Shown in pieces: positions 37,701 to 50,096 of a DNA stretch of 64,000 bases (its first letter is position 1; every line of letters begins with the position of its first letter). The position numbers were made by a program, and so were the translations under genes. The notes below the pieces were generated by a model. That model searched no databases and was not told the origin of the DNA. It saw only the letters and a list, made by a program, of their open reading frames with translations. The stretch is from Mayamaea pseudoterrestris (lineage: Eukaryota), in contig BROI01000001.1 of assembly GCA_027923505.1 (NCBI GenBank), positions 2,108,001-2,172,000 of the forward strand. The letters are read 5' to 3'.

Positions 37701-40700
37701 TGCATGCTGTAATGCGCTCCACCAAGTGGATCTATGATCAAGCTCAGCGCAGTGGTCTGGCAGGCTCCAAGGCTACAGACAATCATTCCGGGAATCAAAA
37801 GATCAAACTCATGCAACATGAAAGTGACCTTGCAAGACTTGGCTGCTGCAACAAGGAGCTCATGCATGCTGTAATGCGCTCCACAAAGTTGATCTATGAT
37901 CAAGCTCAGCGCAGTGGTCTGGCAGGCTCCAAGGCTACAGACAATCATTCCGGGAATCAAAAGATCAAACTCATGCAACATGGAAGTGACCTTGCAAGAC
38001 TTGGCTGCTCCTACAAGGAGCTTATGCATGCTGTAATGCGCTCCACAAAGTTGATCTATGATCAAGCTCAGCGCAGTGGTCTGGCAGGCTCCAAGGCTAC
38101 AGACAATCATTCCGGGAATCAAAAGATCAAACTCATGCAACATGAAAGTGACCTTGCAAGACTTGGCTTGCAAGACTTGGCTGCTCCAACAAGGAGCTCA
38201 TGCATGCTGTAATGCGCTCCACAAAGTGGATCTATGATCAAGCTCAGCGCAGTGGTCTGGCAGGCTCCAAGGCTACAGACAATCATTCCGGGAATCAAAA
38301 GATCAAACTCATGCAACATGGAAGTGACCTTGCAAGACTTGGCTGCTCCTACAAGGAGCTCATGCATGCTGTAATGCGCTCCACAAAGTTGATCTATGAT
38401 CAAGCTCAGCGCAGTGGTCTGGCAGGCTCCAAGGCTACAGACAATCATTCCGGGAATCAAAAGATCAAACTCATGCAACATGAAAGTGACCTTGCAAGAC
38501 TTGGCTGCTCCTACAAGGAGCTCATGCATGCTGTAATGCGCTCCACAAAGTTGATCTATGATCAAGCTCAGCGCAGTGGTCTGGCAGGCTCCAAGGCTAC
38601 AGACAATCATTCCGGGAATCAAAAGATCCATCTCAGGCAACATGGAAGTGACCTTGCAAGACTTGGCTGCTCCTACAAGGAGCTCATGCATGCTGTAATG
38701 CGCTCCACAAAGTTGATCTATGATCAAGCTCAGCGCAGTGGTCTGGCAGGCTCCAAGGCTACAGACAATCATTCCGGGAATCAAAAGATCAATCTCATGC
38801 AACATGGAAGTGACCTTGCAAGACTTGGCTGCTCCAACAAGGAGCTCATGCATGCTGTAATGCGCTCCACAAAGTTGATCTATGATCAAGCTCAGCGCAG
38901 TGGTCTGGCAGGCTCCAAGGCTACAGACAATCATTCCGGGAATCAAAAGATCCATCTCATGCAACATGAAAGTGACCTTGCAAGACTTGGCTGCTCCAAC
39001 AAGGAGCTCTTTGATGCTGTAATGTGCTCCACAAAGTTAATCTATGATCAAGCTGAGCGCCTTGGCCTGGCAGGCTCCATGGCTACAGACAATCATTCCG
39101 GGAATCAAAAGATCCATCTCATGCAACATGAAAGTGACCTTGCAAGACTTGGCTGCTCCAACAAGGAGCTCATGCATGCTGTAATGCGCTCCACAAAGTT
39201 GATCTATGATCAAGCTCAGCGCAGTGGTCTGGCAGGCTCCAAGGCTACAGACAATCATTCCGGGAATCAAAAGATCAAACTCATGCAACATGGAAGTGAC
39301 CTTGCAAGACTTGGCTGCTCCAACAAGGAGCTCATGCATGCTGTAATGCGCTCCACAAAGTTGATCTATGATCAAGCTCAGCGCAGTGGTCTGGCAGGCT
39401 CCAAGGCTACAGACAATCATTCCGGGAATCAAAAGATCCATCTCAGGCAACATGAAAGTGACCTTGCAAGACTTGGCTGCGGCAACAAGGAGCTCATGCA
39501 TGCTGTAATGTGCTCCACAAAGTTGATCTATGATCAAGCTCAGCGCAGTGGTCTGGCAGGCTCCAAGGCTACAGACAATCATTCCGGGAATCAAAAGATC
39601 AAACTCATGCAACATGGAAGTGACCTTGCAAGACTTGGCTGCTCCAACAAGGAGCTCATGCATGCTGTAATGCGCTCCACAAAGTTGATCTATGATCAAG
39701 CTCAGCGCAGTGGTCTGGCAGGCTCCAAGGCTACAGACAATCATTCCGGGAATCAAAAGATCAATCTCATGCAACATGGAAGTGACCTTGCAAGACTTGG
39801 CTGCTCCAACAAGGAGCTCATGCATGCTGTAATGCGCTCCACAAAGTTGATCTATGATCAAGCTCAGCGCAGTGGTCTGGCAGGCTCCAAGGCTACAGAC
39901 AATCATTCCGGGAATCAAAAGATCAAACTCATGCAACATGGAAGTGACCTTGCAAGACTTGGCTGCTCCAACAAGGAGCTCATGCATGCTGTAATGCGCT
40001 CCACCAAGTGGATCTATGATCAAGCTCAGCGCAGTGGTCTGGCAGGCTCCAAGGCTACAGACAATCATTCCGGGAATCAAAAGATCAAACTCATGCAACA
40101 TGGAAGTGACCTTGCAAGACTTGGCTGCTCCAACAAGGAGCTCATGCATGCTGTAATGCGCTCCACAAAGTTGATCTATGATCAAGCTCAGCGCAGTGGT
40201 CTGGCAGGCTCCAAGGCTACAGACAATCATTCCGGGAATCAAAAGATCAAACTCATGCAACATGGAAGTGACCTTGCAAGACTTGGCTGCTCCAACAAGG
40301 AGCTTATGCATGCTGTAATGCGCTCCACAAAGTTGATCTATGATCAAGCTCAGCGCAGTGGTCTGGCAGGCTCCAAGGCTACAGACAATCATTCCGGGAA
40401 TCAAAAGATCAAACTCATGCAACATGAAAGTGACCTTGCAAGACTTGGCTGCTGCAACAAGGAGCTCATGCATGCTGTAATGCGCTCCACAAAGTTGATC
40501 TATGATCAAGCTCAGCGCAGTGGTCTGGCAGGCTCCAAGGCTACAGACAATCATTCCGGGAATCAAAAGATCAAACTCATGCAACATGGAAGTGACCTTG
40601 CAAGACTTGGCTGCTCCAACAAGGAGCTCATGCATGCTGTAATGCGCTCCACAAAGTTGATCTATGATCAAGCTCAGCGCAGTGGTCTGGCAGGCTCCAA

Positions 40701-43700
40701 GGCTACAGACAATCATTCCGGGAATCAAAAGATCCATCTCAGGCAACATGGAAGTGACCTTGCAAGACTTGGCTGCTCCTACAAGGAGCTCATGCATGCT
40801 GTAATGCGCTCCACCAAGTGGATCTATGATCAAGCTCAGCGCAGTGGTCTGGCAGGCTCCAAGGCTACAGACAATCATTCCGGGAATCAAAAGATCAAAC
40901 TCATGCAACATGGAAGTGACCTTGCAAGACTTGGCTGCTCCAACAAGGAGCTCATGCATGCTGTAATGCGCTCCACAAAGTGGATCTATGATCAAGCTCA
41001 GCGCAGTGGTCTGGCAGGCTCCAAGGCTACAGACAATCATTCCGGGAATCAAAAGATCAAACTCATGCAACATGGAAGTGACCTTGCAAGACTTGGCTGC
41101 TCCAACAAGGAGCTCATGCATGCTGTAATGCGCTCCACAAAGTTGATCTATGATCAAGCTCAGCGCAGTGGTCTGGCAGGCTCCAAGGCTACAGACAATC
41201 ATTCCGGGAATCAAAAGATCAAACTCATGCAACATGGAAGTGACCTTGCAAGACTTGGCTGCTCCAACAAGGAGCTCATGCATGCTGTAATGCGCTCCAC
41301 CAAGTTGATCTATGATCAAGCTCAGCGCAGTGGTCTGGCAGGCTCCAAGGCTACAGACAATCATTCCGGGAATCAAAAGATCCATCTCAGGCAATATGAA
41401 GGTGACCTTGCAAGACTTGGCTGCTCCAACAAGGAGCTTATGCATGCTGTAATGCGCTCCACAAAGTTGATCTATGATCAAGCTCAGCGCAGTGGTCTGG
41501 CAGGCTCCAAGGCTACAGACAATCATTCCGGGAATCAAAAGATCAAACTCATGCAACATGGAAGTGACCTTGCAAGACTTGGCTGCTCCAACAAGGAGCT
41601 CATGCATGCTGTAATGCGCTCCACCAAGTGGATCTATGATCAAGCTCAGCGCAGTGGTCTGGCAGGCTCCAAGGCTACAGACAATCATTCCGGGAATCAA
41701 AAGATCAAACTCATGCAACATGGAAGTGACCTTGCAAGACTTGGCTGCTCCAACAAGGAGCTCATGCATGCTGTAATGCGCTCCACAAAGTTGATCTATG
41801 ATCAAGCTCAGCGCAGTGGTCTGGCAGGCTCCAAGGCTACAGACAATCATTCCGGGAATCAAAAGATCAAACTCATGCAACATGGAAGTGACCTTGCAAG
41901 ACTTGGCTGCTCCTACAAGGAGCTCATGCATGCTGTAATGCGCTCCACCAAGTGGATCTATGATCAAGCTCAGCGCAGTGGTCTGGCAGGCTCCAAGGCT
42001 ACAGACAATCATTCCGGGAATCAAAAGATCAAACTCATGCAACATGGAAGTGACCTTGCAAGACTTGGGTGCTCCAACAAGGAGCTCATGCATGCTGTAA
42101 TGCGCTCCACCAAGTGGATCTATGATCAAGCTCAGCGCAGTGGTCTGGCAGGCTCCAAGGCTACAGACAATCATTCCGGGAATCAAAAGATCAAACTCAT
42201 GCAACATGAAAGTGACCTTGCAAGACTTGGCTGCTGCAACAAGGAGCTCATGCATGCTGTAATGCGCTCCACAAAGTTGATCTATGATCAAGCTCAGCGC
42301 AGTGGTCTGGCAGGCTCCAAGGCTACAGACAATCATTCCGGGAATCAAAAGATCAAACTCATGCAACATGGAAGTGACCTTGCAAGACTTGGCTGCTCCT
42401 ACAAGGAGCTTATGCATGCTGTAATGCGCTCCACAAAGTTGATCTATGATCAAGCTCAGCGCAGTGGTCTGGCAGGCTCCAAGGCTACAGACAATCATTC
42501 CGGGAATCAAAAGATCAAACTCATGCAACATGAAAGTGACCTTGCAAGACTTGGCTGCTGCAACAAGGAGCTCATGCATGCTGTAATGCGCTCCACAAAG
42601 TTGATCTATGATCAAGCTCAGCGCAGTGGTCTGGCAGGCTCCAAGGCTACAGACAATCATTCCGGGAATCAAAAGATCAAACTCATGCAACATGGAAGTG
42701 ACCTTGCAAGACTTGGCTGCTCCTACAAGGAGCTCATGCATGCTGTAATGCGCTCCACAAAGTGGATCTATGATCAAGCTCAGCGCAGTGGTCTGGCAGG
42801 CTCCAAGGCTACAGACAATCATTCCGGGAATCAAAAGATCAAACTCATGCAACATGGAAGTGACCTTGCAAGACTTGGCTGCTCCTACAAGGAGCTCATG
42901 CATGCTGTAATGCGCTCCACAAAGTGGATCTATGATCAAGCTCAGCGCAGTGGTCTGGCAGGCTCCAAGGCTACAGACAATCATTCCGGGAATCAAAAGA
43001 TCAAACTCATGCAACATGGAAGTGACCTTGCAAGACTTGGCTGCTCCTACAAGGAGCTTATGCATGCTGTAATGCGCTCCACAAAGTGGATCTATGATCA
43101 AGCTCAGCGCAGTGGTCTGGCAGGCTCCAAGGCTACAGACAATCATTCCGGGAATCAAAAGATCAAACTCATGCAACATGAAAGTGACCTTGCAAGACTT
43201 GGCTGCTGCAACAAGGAGCTCATGCATGCTGTAATGCGCTCCACAAAGTTGATCTATGATCAAGCTCAGCGCAGTGGTCTGGCAGGCTCCAAGGCTACAG
43301 ACAATCATTCCGGGAATCAAAAGATCAAACTCATGCAACATGGAAGTGACCTTGCAAGACTTGGCTGCTGCAACAAGGAGCTCATGCATGCTGTAATGCG
43401 CTCCACAAAGTTGATCTATGATCAAGCTCAGCGCAGTGGTCTGGCAGGCTCCAAGGCTACAGACAATTATTCTGGGAATCAAAAGATCAAACTCATGCAA
43501 CATGGAAGTGACCTTGCAAGACTTGGCTGCTGCAACAAGGAGCTCATGCATGCTGTAATGCGCTCCACAAAGTTGATCTATGATCAAGCTCAGCGCAGTG
43601 GTCTGGCAGGCTCCAAGGCTACAGACAATCATTCCGGGAATCAAAAGATCAAACTCATGCAACATGGAAGTGACCTTGCAAGACTTGGCTGCTCCAACAA

Positions 43701-46686
43701 GGAGCTCATGCATGCTGTAATGCGCTCCACAAAGTTGATCTATGATCAAGCTCAGCGCAGTGGTATGGCAGGCTCCAAGGCTACAGACAATCATTCCGGG
43801 AATCAAAAGATCCATCTCAGGCAACATGGAAGTGACCTTGCAAGACTTGGCTGCTCCTACAAGGAGCTCATGCATGCTGTAATGCGCTCCACAAAGTTGA
43901 TCTATGATCAAGCTCAGCGCAGTGGTCTGGCAGGCTCCAAGGCTACAGACAATCATTCCGGGAATCAAAAGATCAATCTCATGCAACATGGAAGTGACCT
44001 TGCAAGACTTGGCTGCTCCTACAAGGAGCTTATGCATGCTGTAATGCTCCACAAAGTGATCTTGATCTATGATCAAGCTCACGCAGTGGTCTGGCAGGCT
44101 CCAAGGCTACAGACAATCATTCCGGAAATCAAAAGATCAAACTCATGCAACATGAAAGTGACCTTGCAAGACTTGGCTGCCACAACCAGGAGCTAATGCA
44201 TGCTGTAATGCGCTCCACAAAGTTGATCTATGATCAAGCTCAGCGCAGTGGTCTGGCAGGCTCCAAGGCTACAGACAATCATTCCGGGAATCAAAAGATC
44301 AAACTCATGCAACATGGAAGTGACCTTGCAAGACTTGGCTGCTCCAACAAGGAGCTTATGCATGCTGTAATGCGCTCCACAAAGTTGATCTATGATCAAG
44401 CTCAGCGCAGTGGTCTGGCAGGCTCCAAGGCTACAGACAATCATTCCGGGAATCAAAAGATCAATCTCATGCAACATGAAAGTGACCTTGCAAGACTTGG
44501 CTGCTCCTACAAGGAGCTGCACGTAATGTAATCGCTCCACCAAAGTGGATCAATGATCAAGCTCAGCGCAGTGGTCTGGCAGGCTCCAAGGCTACAGACA
44601 ATCATTCCGGGAATCAAAAGATCAAACTCATGCAACATGGAAGTGACCTTGCAAGACTTGGCTGCTCCAACAAGGAGCTCATGCATGCTGTAATGCGCTC
44701 CACAAAGTTGATCTATGATCAAGCTCAGCGCAGTGGTCTGACAAGCCCCAAGGCTACTCAGACACATTCGGATCAAAAGCATCAAACTCATGCAACATGG
44801 GAATTAGTGACCTTGCAAGACTTGGCTGCTCCAACAAGGAGCTCATGCATGCTGTAATGCGCTCCACAAAGTTGATCTATGATCAAGCTCAGCGCAGTGG
44901 TCTGGCAGGCTCCAAGGCTACAGACAATCATTCCGGGAATCAAAAGATCAAACTCATGCAACATGAAAGTGACCTTGCAAGACTTGGCTGCTCCAACAAG
45001 GAGCGCCCCTGGAAAGCGATGCATGATCGAGCTCAGCGGGCGCTCCGACAAAGTCAAGATCAAACAACAAACAAGCTGGCTAGACAACAGGGTTGGCAAG
45101 CAGCAGCAAGAGGTGGAGGCATGGATGGGGTCGGCAGCTCGGTCTGGTGCGTCCTACAGACGATCATTCGGGGAATCAAAAGATCAATCTCATAAGGCAA
45201 CTATGAAAGTGACCTTGCAAGACTTGGCTGCTCCAAGCATCAGCGAGAGCTCATGCATGCTGTAATGTGCTCCACAAAGTTGATCTATGATCAAGCTCAG
45301 CGCAGTGGTCTGGCAGGCTCCAAGGCTACAGACAATCATTCCGGGAATCAAAAGATCAATCTCATGCAACATGAAAGTGACCTTGCAAGACTTGGGTTGC
45401 TCCTACAAGGAGCTCATGCATGCTGTAATGCGCTCCACAAAGTTGATCTATGATCAAGCTCAGCACCTTGGTCAGACAAGCCCAAGGCAACAGATACTCA
45501 TTCCGGGAATCAAAAGATCAATCTCATGAAACATGAAAGTGACCTTGTAAGATTTGGCTGCTCCAACAAGGAGCTCATGCATGCTGTAATGCGCTCCACA
45601 AAGTTTATCTATGATCAAGCTCAGCACCTTGGTCGGACAAGCCCAAGGCTACCGACAATCATTCCGGGAATAAAAAGATCAAACTCATGCAACATGAAAG
45701 TGACCTTGCAAGACTTTGGTTGCTCCAACAAGGAGCTCATGCATGCTGTAATGCGCTCCACAAAGTTGATCTATGATCAAGCTCAGCACCTTGGTCAGAC
45801 AAGCCCAAGGCTACAGATCCTCATTCCGGGAATCAAAAGATCAATCTCATGCAACATGAAAGTGACCTTGCAAGACTTGGCTGCTCCAACAAGGAGCTCA
45901 TGCATGCTGTAATGCGCTCCACACCGTTGATCTATGATCAAGCTCAGCGCAGTGGTCTGGCAGGCGAGAGCTCATGCATGCTGTAATGTGCTCCACAAAG
46001 TTGATCTATGATCAAGCTCAGCGCAGTGGTCTGGCAGGCTCCAAGGCTACAGACAATCATTCCGGGAATCAAAAGATCAATCTCATGCAACATGAAAGTG
46101 ACCTTGCAAGACTTGGGTTGCTCCTACAAGGAGCTCATGCATGCTGTAATGCGCTCCACAAAGTTGATCTATGATCAAGCTCAGCACCTTGGTCAGACAA
46201 GCCCAAGGCAACAGATACTCATTCCGGGAATCAAAAGATCAATCTCATGAAACATGAAAGTGACCTTGTAAGATTTGGCTGCTCCAACAAGGAGCTCATG
46301 CATGCTGTAATGCGCTCCACAAAGTTTATCTATGATCAAGCTCAGCACCTTGGTCGGACAAGCCCAAGGCTACCGACAATCATTCCGGGAATAAAAAGAT
46401 CAAACTCATGCAACATGAAAGTGACCTTGCAAGACTTTGGTTGCTCCAACAAGGAGCTCATGCATGCTGTAATGCGCTCCACAAAGTTGATCTATGATCA
46501 AGCTCAGCACCTTGGTCAGACAAGCCCAAGGCTACAGATCCTCATTCCGGGAATCAAAAGATCAATCTCATGCAACATGAAAGTGACCTTGCAAGACTTG
46601 GCTGCTCCAACAAGGAGCTCATGCATGCTGTAATGCGCTCCACACCGTTGATCTATGATCAAGCTCAGCGCAGTAGTCTGGCAGGC
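25705..46686. repeat. 162-bp tandem satellite array (S162), ~21 kb, ~130 copies
   Basis: Unit ...aagttgatctatgatcaagctcagcgcagtggtctggcaggctccaaggctacagacaatcattccgggaatcaaaagatcaaactcatgcaacatg(g/a)aagtgaccttgcaagacttggctgctcc(a/t)acaaggagctcatgcatgctgtaatgcgctccac... Period is 54 codons in the ORF track. Confidence 0.98.
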
Positions 46687-46828
46687 ACACTGTAGCAAAA
46701 TGGAGATGGTTACTGTGTGGATCTTTGCCCTCCCAAACAACTGATGCTACACGTGAGCTGGAAATGATTGCTATGCACCAAGCTCACCGCATGTGTCCGC
46801 AACCATAGCCAGAACAGAATTTATGAAA
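46686..46828. repeat. Satellite family B, partial unit resuming after S162
   Basis: cacactgtagc...tactgtgtggatctttgccctcccaaacaactgatgctac matches 25.48-25.70 kb. Confidence 0.85.
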
Positions 46829-46830
46829 TT

Positions 46831-47292
46831 AAGAATCTAAAACTTGCAGTGTTGGCCATACCCACAGTGGAGGCCATACCCATGGTGTCAGTCTCCAGGC
46901 AATCCCATTTGCATTATTTGAAACTCTGCCCTCTGTCAATGGCATACCCTGGACAGGTTTTGCGTGACCCATTGGGTTGTTGGGTGGCCAGGGCATGGGG
47001 CATCTGACAGGTAAGAATCTAAAACTTGTGGTGTTAGCCATAGCCACAGCGGAGGCCGTATAAGAATCTAAAACTTGTGGTGTTAGCCATAGCCACAGCG
47101 GAGGCCGTATCCATTGTGTCAGCCTCCAGGCAGTCCTTTTTGCGCCATTTGAGACTCTGCACCTGTCAATGACATACCCTGGACAGGTCTTGCCTGACTC
47201 ATTGGGTTGTAGGGTGGCCAGGGCATGTGGCATTTGACAGGTAAAAATCTAAAACTTATGGTGTTGGCCATACCCACAGTGGAGGTCGTACG
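46831..47292. repeat. Satellite family C, ~2.3 units of ~182 bp, with an internal 49-bp duplication
   Basis: aagaatctaaaactt (or a one-base variant) at 46831, 47013, 47062 and 47243. Confidence 0.85.
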
Positions 47293-47872
47293 ACTTGTTG
47301 GATCTACTAGTGGTGCACCTCAAGTGGCAAGTGAGACTTCCAAAATGGCCTGCAGACCCCATAATACAACCAATATGGACTTGAACAACGAATGGGAGTC
47401 ATAGACTTGTCCATTTGGGTGTAGAAGCCATTACTATGCCCTGAGACTCTGCACATTCAACCAATGGTTGAATGTGCCAGCCCTGCTCCCTTTTTGGCTG
47501 CAGGGATCATCAGCATTTCCTGCTGAGCCCTCCAATTTCTTTCAAATCATGCTTGTTGTAAATGATGGGCCATAAGTTGGTCAGTTGCACCTCAGCATCC
47601 ATCACCATGTATGCCACAGTGAGACTGAACAGATCCAACAACTTGATGGATCTTGTAGTGGTGCACCTCAAGTGGCAAGTGAGACTTCCACAATGGCCAG
47701 CAGACCCCATAATACAGCCAATATGGTCTTGAACAATGAATGGGACTCATAGACATGTCCATTTGGGCGTGGAAGCCATCACCATGGCCTGAGACTCCGC
47801 ACATTCAACCAATTGGCTGCAGGGATCATCAGCATTGCCCACTGAGCCCTCCAATTTCTTACAAATCATGTT
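47293..47872. repeat. Family D direct repeat, ~348-bp period, ~1.7 copies
   Basis: gtggtgcacctcaagtggcaagtgagacttcca at 47310 and 47658. Confidence 0.85.
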
Positions 47873-48820
47873 AAATGACAGCATCTGCTGGCTGAGACTG
47901 GTGACAAATTGTCAGCAGTCACATTGCAGTCTACCAAGGGACCAGCAAGGCAATCCATCTTGTAGCGCACCTGAAATAAGGATGTTAGCACCATTCTGGC
48001 TTGATTTGGGCATACACAAGGCTATGGGCATTTGAAAATGATGGCATCTGCTGGCTGAGACTGGTGACAAGTTGTCAGCAGTCACATTGCAGTCCTCAAA
48101 GACACTAGCCCATCAACTTGTAGCGCACCTGAAATAAGGATGTTAGAACCATTCTGGCTTGATTTGGGCATACACAAGGCTATGGGCATTTGAAAATGAT
48201 GGCATCTGCTGGCTGAGACTGGTGACAAGTTGTCAGCAGTCACATTGCAGTCCTCAAAGACACTAGCCCATCAACTTGTAGCGCACCTGAAATAAGGATG
48301 TTAGAACCATTCTGGCTTGATTTGGGCATACACATGGCTATGGGCATTTGAAAATGATGGCATCTGCTGGCTGAGACTGGTGACAAGTTGTCAGCAGTCA
48401 CATTGCAGTCCTCATAGACACTAGCCCATCAACTTGTAGCGCACCTGAAATAAGGATGTTAGAACCATTCTGGCTTGAATTGGGCATACACATGGCTCAA
48501 GGTATGGGCATTTGAAAATCACGGCATCTGCTGGCTGAGACTGGTGACAAGTTGTCACCAATCACATTGCAGTCTACCAAGGGACCAGCCAGGCAATCCA
48601 TCTTGTAGCGCACCTGAAATATGGATGTTAGCACCATTCTGGCTTGATTTGGGCATACACATGGCTCAAGGTATGGGCATTTGAAAGTCAGGGCATCTGC
48701 TGGCTGAGATTGGTGAGAACTTCCCACCAGTCACATTGCAGTCCTCGACACACTAGCCCGTCAATCCATCTTGTAGCGCACCTGAAATTAGGATTTTAGC
48801 ACCATTCTGGCTTGATTTGG
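47873..48820. repeat. Satellite family A variant, ~6 units (158-bp and 169-bp)
   Basis: ttga(t/a)ttggg at 48001, 48159, 48317, 48475 and 48644. Conserved gcatctgctggctgagactggtgacaag. Confidence 0.9.
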
Positions 48821-49085
48821 ACACGGCTCTGTGTGACCTGCTACTGCTGTTAGACCTAGTCTGACTGGTACTCAGGGAAGAACAATAACGCTTCCACACA
48901 ATCCGTTTCGACGAGGCTGCGCCGAGCAGCATCAATCGTCCATGATTTTATATCTAGATATTGTTCCTACATCAAATAGAAAAGGAGTAGTCTCACTGGA
49001 GTGCAGCAGCTGTAAAGGTAGAATTGGCCTCTTTTTCAAACTCGATTCGTGGCCGTCGGCATTCGTCACTTGACACTCGACAAGG

Positions 49086-50096
49086 ATGATTCAATGCCGA
49101 AGAACGCGAGGAGTGGAAATCACTATTCTGTTATGGCTCGTCTACATCCTTCCAGCCGAGCCATTTCAACAAAAGAAACAACCCTCGTGTTATAACCTTG
49201 AGAGCCATTTGCTCCTACGGCAGCAGCATGTTGCAGCTATCCAACAAGAAGACGATAACACATCGGCAGTTGGCGTTCGACTCAACAAGGTCTTCAAGGC
49301 GACGCACAGTCGACGTCAAGCGGACGATTTGATTGCAAGTGGACGCGTCACGGTGAATGGAGCAGTGGTATCCGCCGGTCAACGAGTGGTTCCCTTTCGG
49401 GACGTGGTGCAGCTGGATGGCAAACGCATCGAAAATTGGGAAGCGTTGAATGCCATGTCGCGCCCAAACGTTGAAGACACCAGAATGCCACGAGCAGTGT
49501 TTGAATACACGAAATACTGGAAGCCGACGGGTGTCGTTTGCACCACGGACCAAAGGATACGCGACAATATCATTGACGTTTTGCGCCAAGATGGCTACTC
49601 GCCCGAACATCGCGTCTATCCGGTGGGACGCTTGGACCGCGACACGTCCGGTCTCATTCTGCTGACTTCGGACGGTCGGCTACCGAACGCCGCGCTGCGT
49701 GGCGAGCACAAGCAGCCAAAGACCTATCATGTTGGCGTCGACCGTTTCATTTCAAATCACCGCCTTGACGAGCTTCGAAGCGGCGTTGTCATTACCACTG
49801 TGGCGCAGCGGGACGGCAATCGCGCTCCACCACTCACCGCCAAAACGAACCCTTGCATCATAAAACGCATTGACGAACGATCCATGTACATGACCATTAC
49901 CGAAGGTCGCAACCGCCAGATTCGAAAAATGCTCGACGCCGTTGGTCATTCGGTCGTGTGGCTGGAACGTATTTCCTTTGCCGGCTTGGAGCTTGATCCT
50001 TTAGAAGGGCCAGGAGATTGGAGGCGACTGGACGAGAAGGAAATGCAAATGATACGAGGTATCATAGAACATGCTGATGCTGACAATGGTGGTTGA
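49086..50096 (+). CDS. RsuA/RluB/RluF-family pseudouridine synthase with S4 domain, likely plastid-targeted
   Basis: RLNKV...SRRQADDLIASGRVTVNG (S4), WKPTGVVCT, catalytic VYPVGRLDRDTSGLILLT, EGRNRQIRKM. Signal peptide followed by Phe. Confidence 0.9.
   Translation: MIQCRRTRGVEITILLWLVYILPAEPFQQKKQPSCYNLESHLLLRQQHVAAIQQEDDNTSAVGVRLNKVFKATHSRRQADDLIASGRVTVNGAVVSAGQRVVPFRDVVQLDGKRIENWEALNAMSRPNVEDTRMPRAVFEYTKYWKPTGVVCTTDQRIRDNIIDVLRQDGYSPEHRVYPVGRLDRDTSGLILLTSDGRLPNAALRGEHKQPKTYHVGVDRFISNHRLDELRSGVVITTVAQRDGNRAPPLTAKTNPCIIKRIDERSMYMTITEGRNRQIRKMLDAVGHSVVWLERISFAGLELDPLEGPGDWRRLDEKEMQMIRGIIEHADADNGG

Noticed and set aside
25705..46686. CRISPR array or giant repeat-protein gene
   Set aside because: Head-to-tail units with no unique spacers, no cas genes and a eukaryotic context. 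The ORFs arise because the unit is a multiple of 3, and they frameshift at the edges.
25020..48900. LTR retrotransposon or TIR DNA transposon bounding block 1
   Set aside because: The flanking A repeats are tandem satellites without TG..CA ends, PBS or PPT. No TIR, TSD or transposase/RT coding sequence was found.
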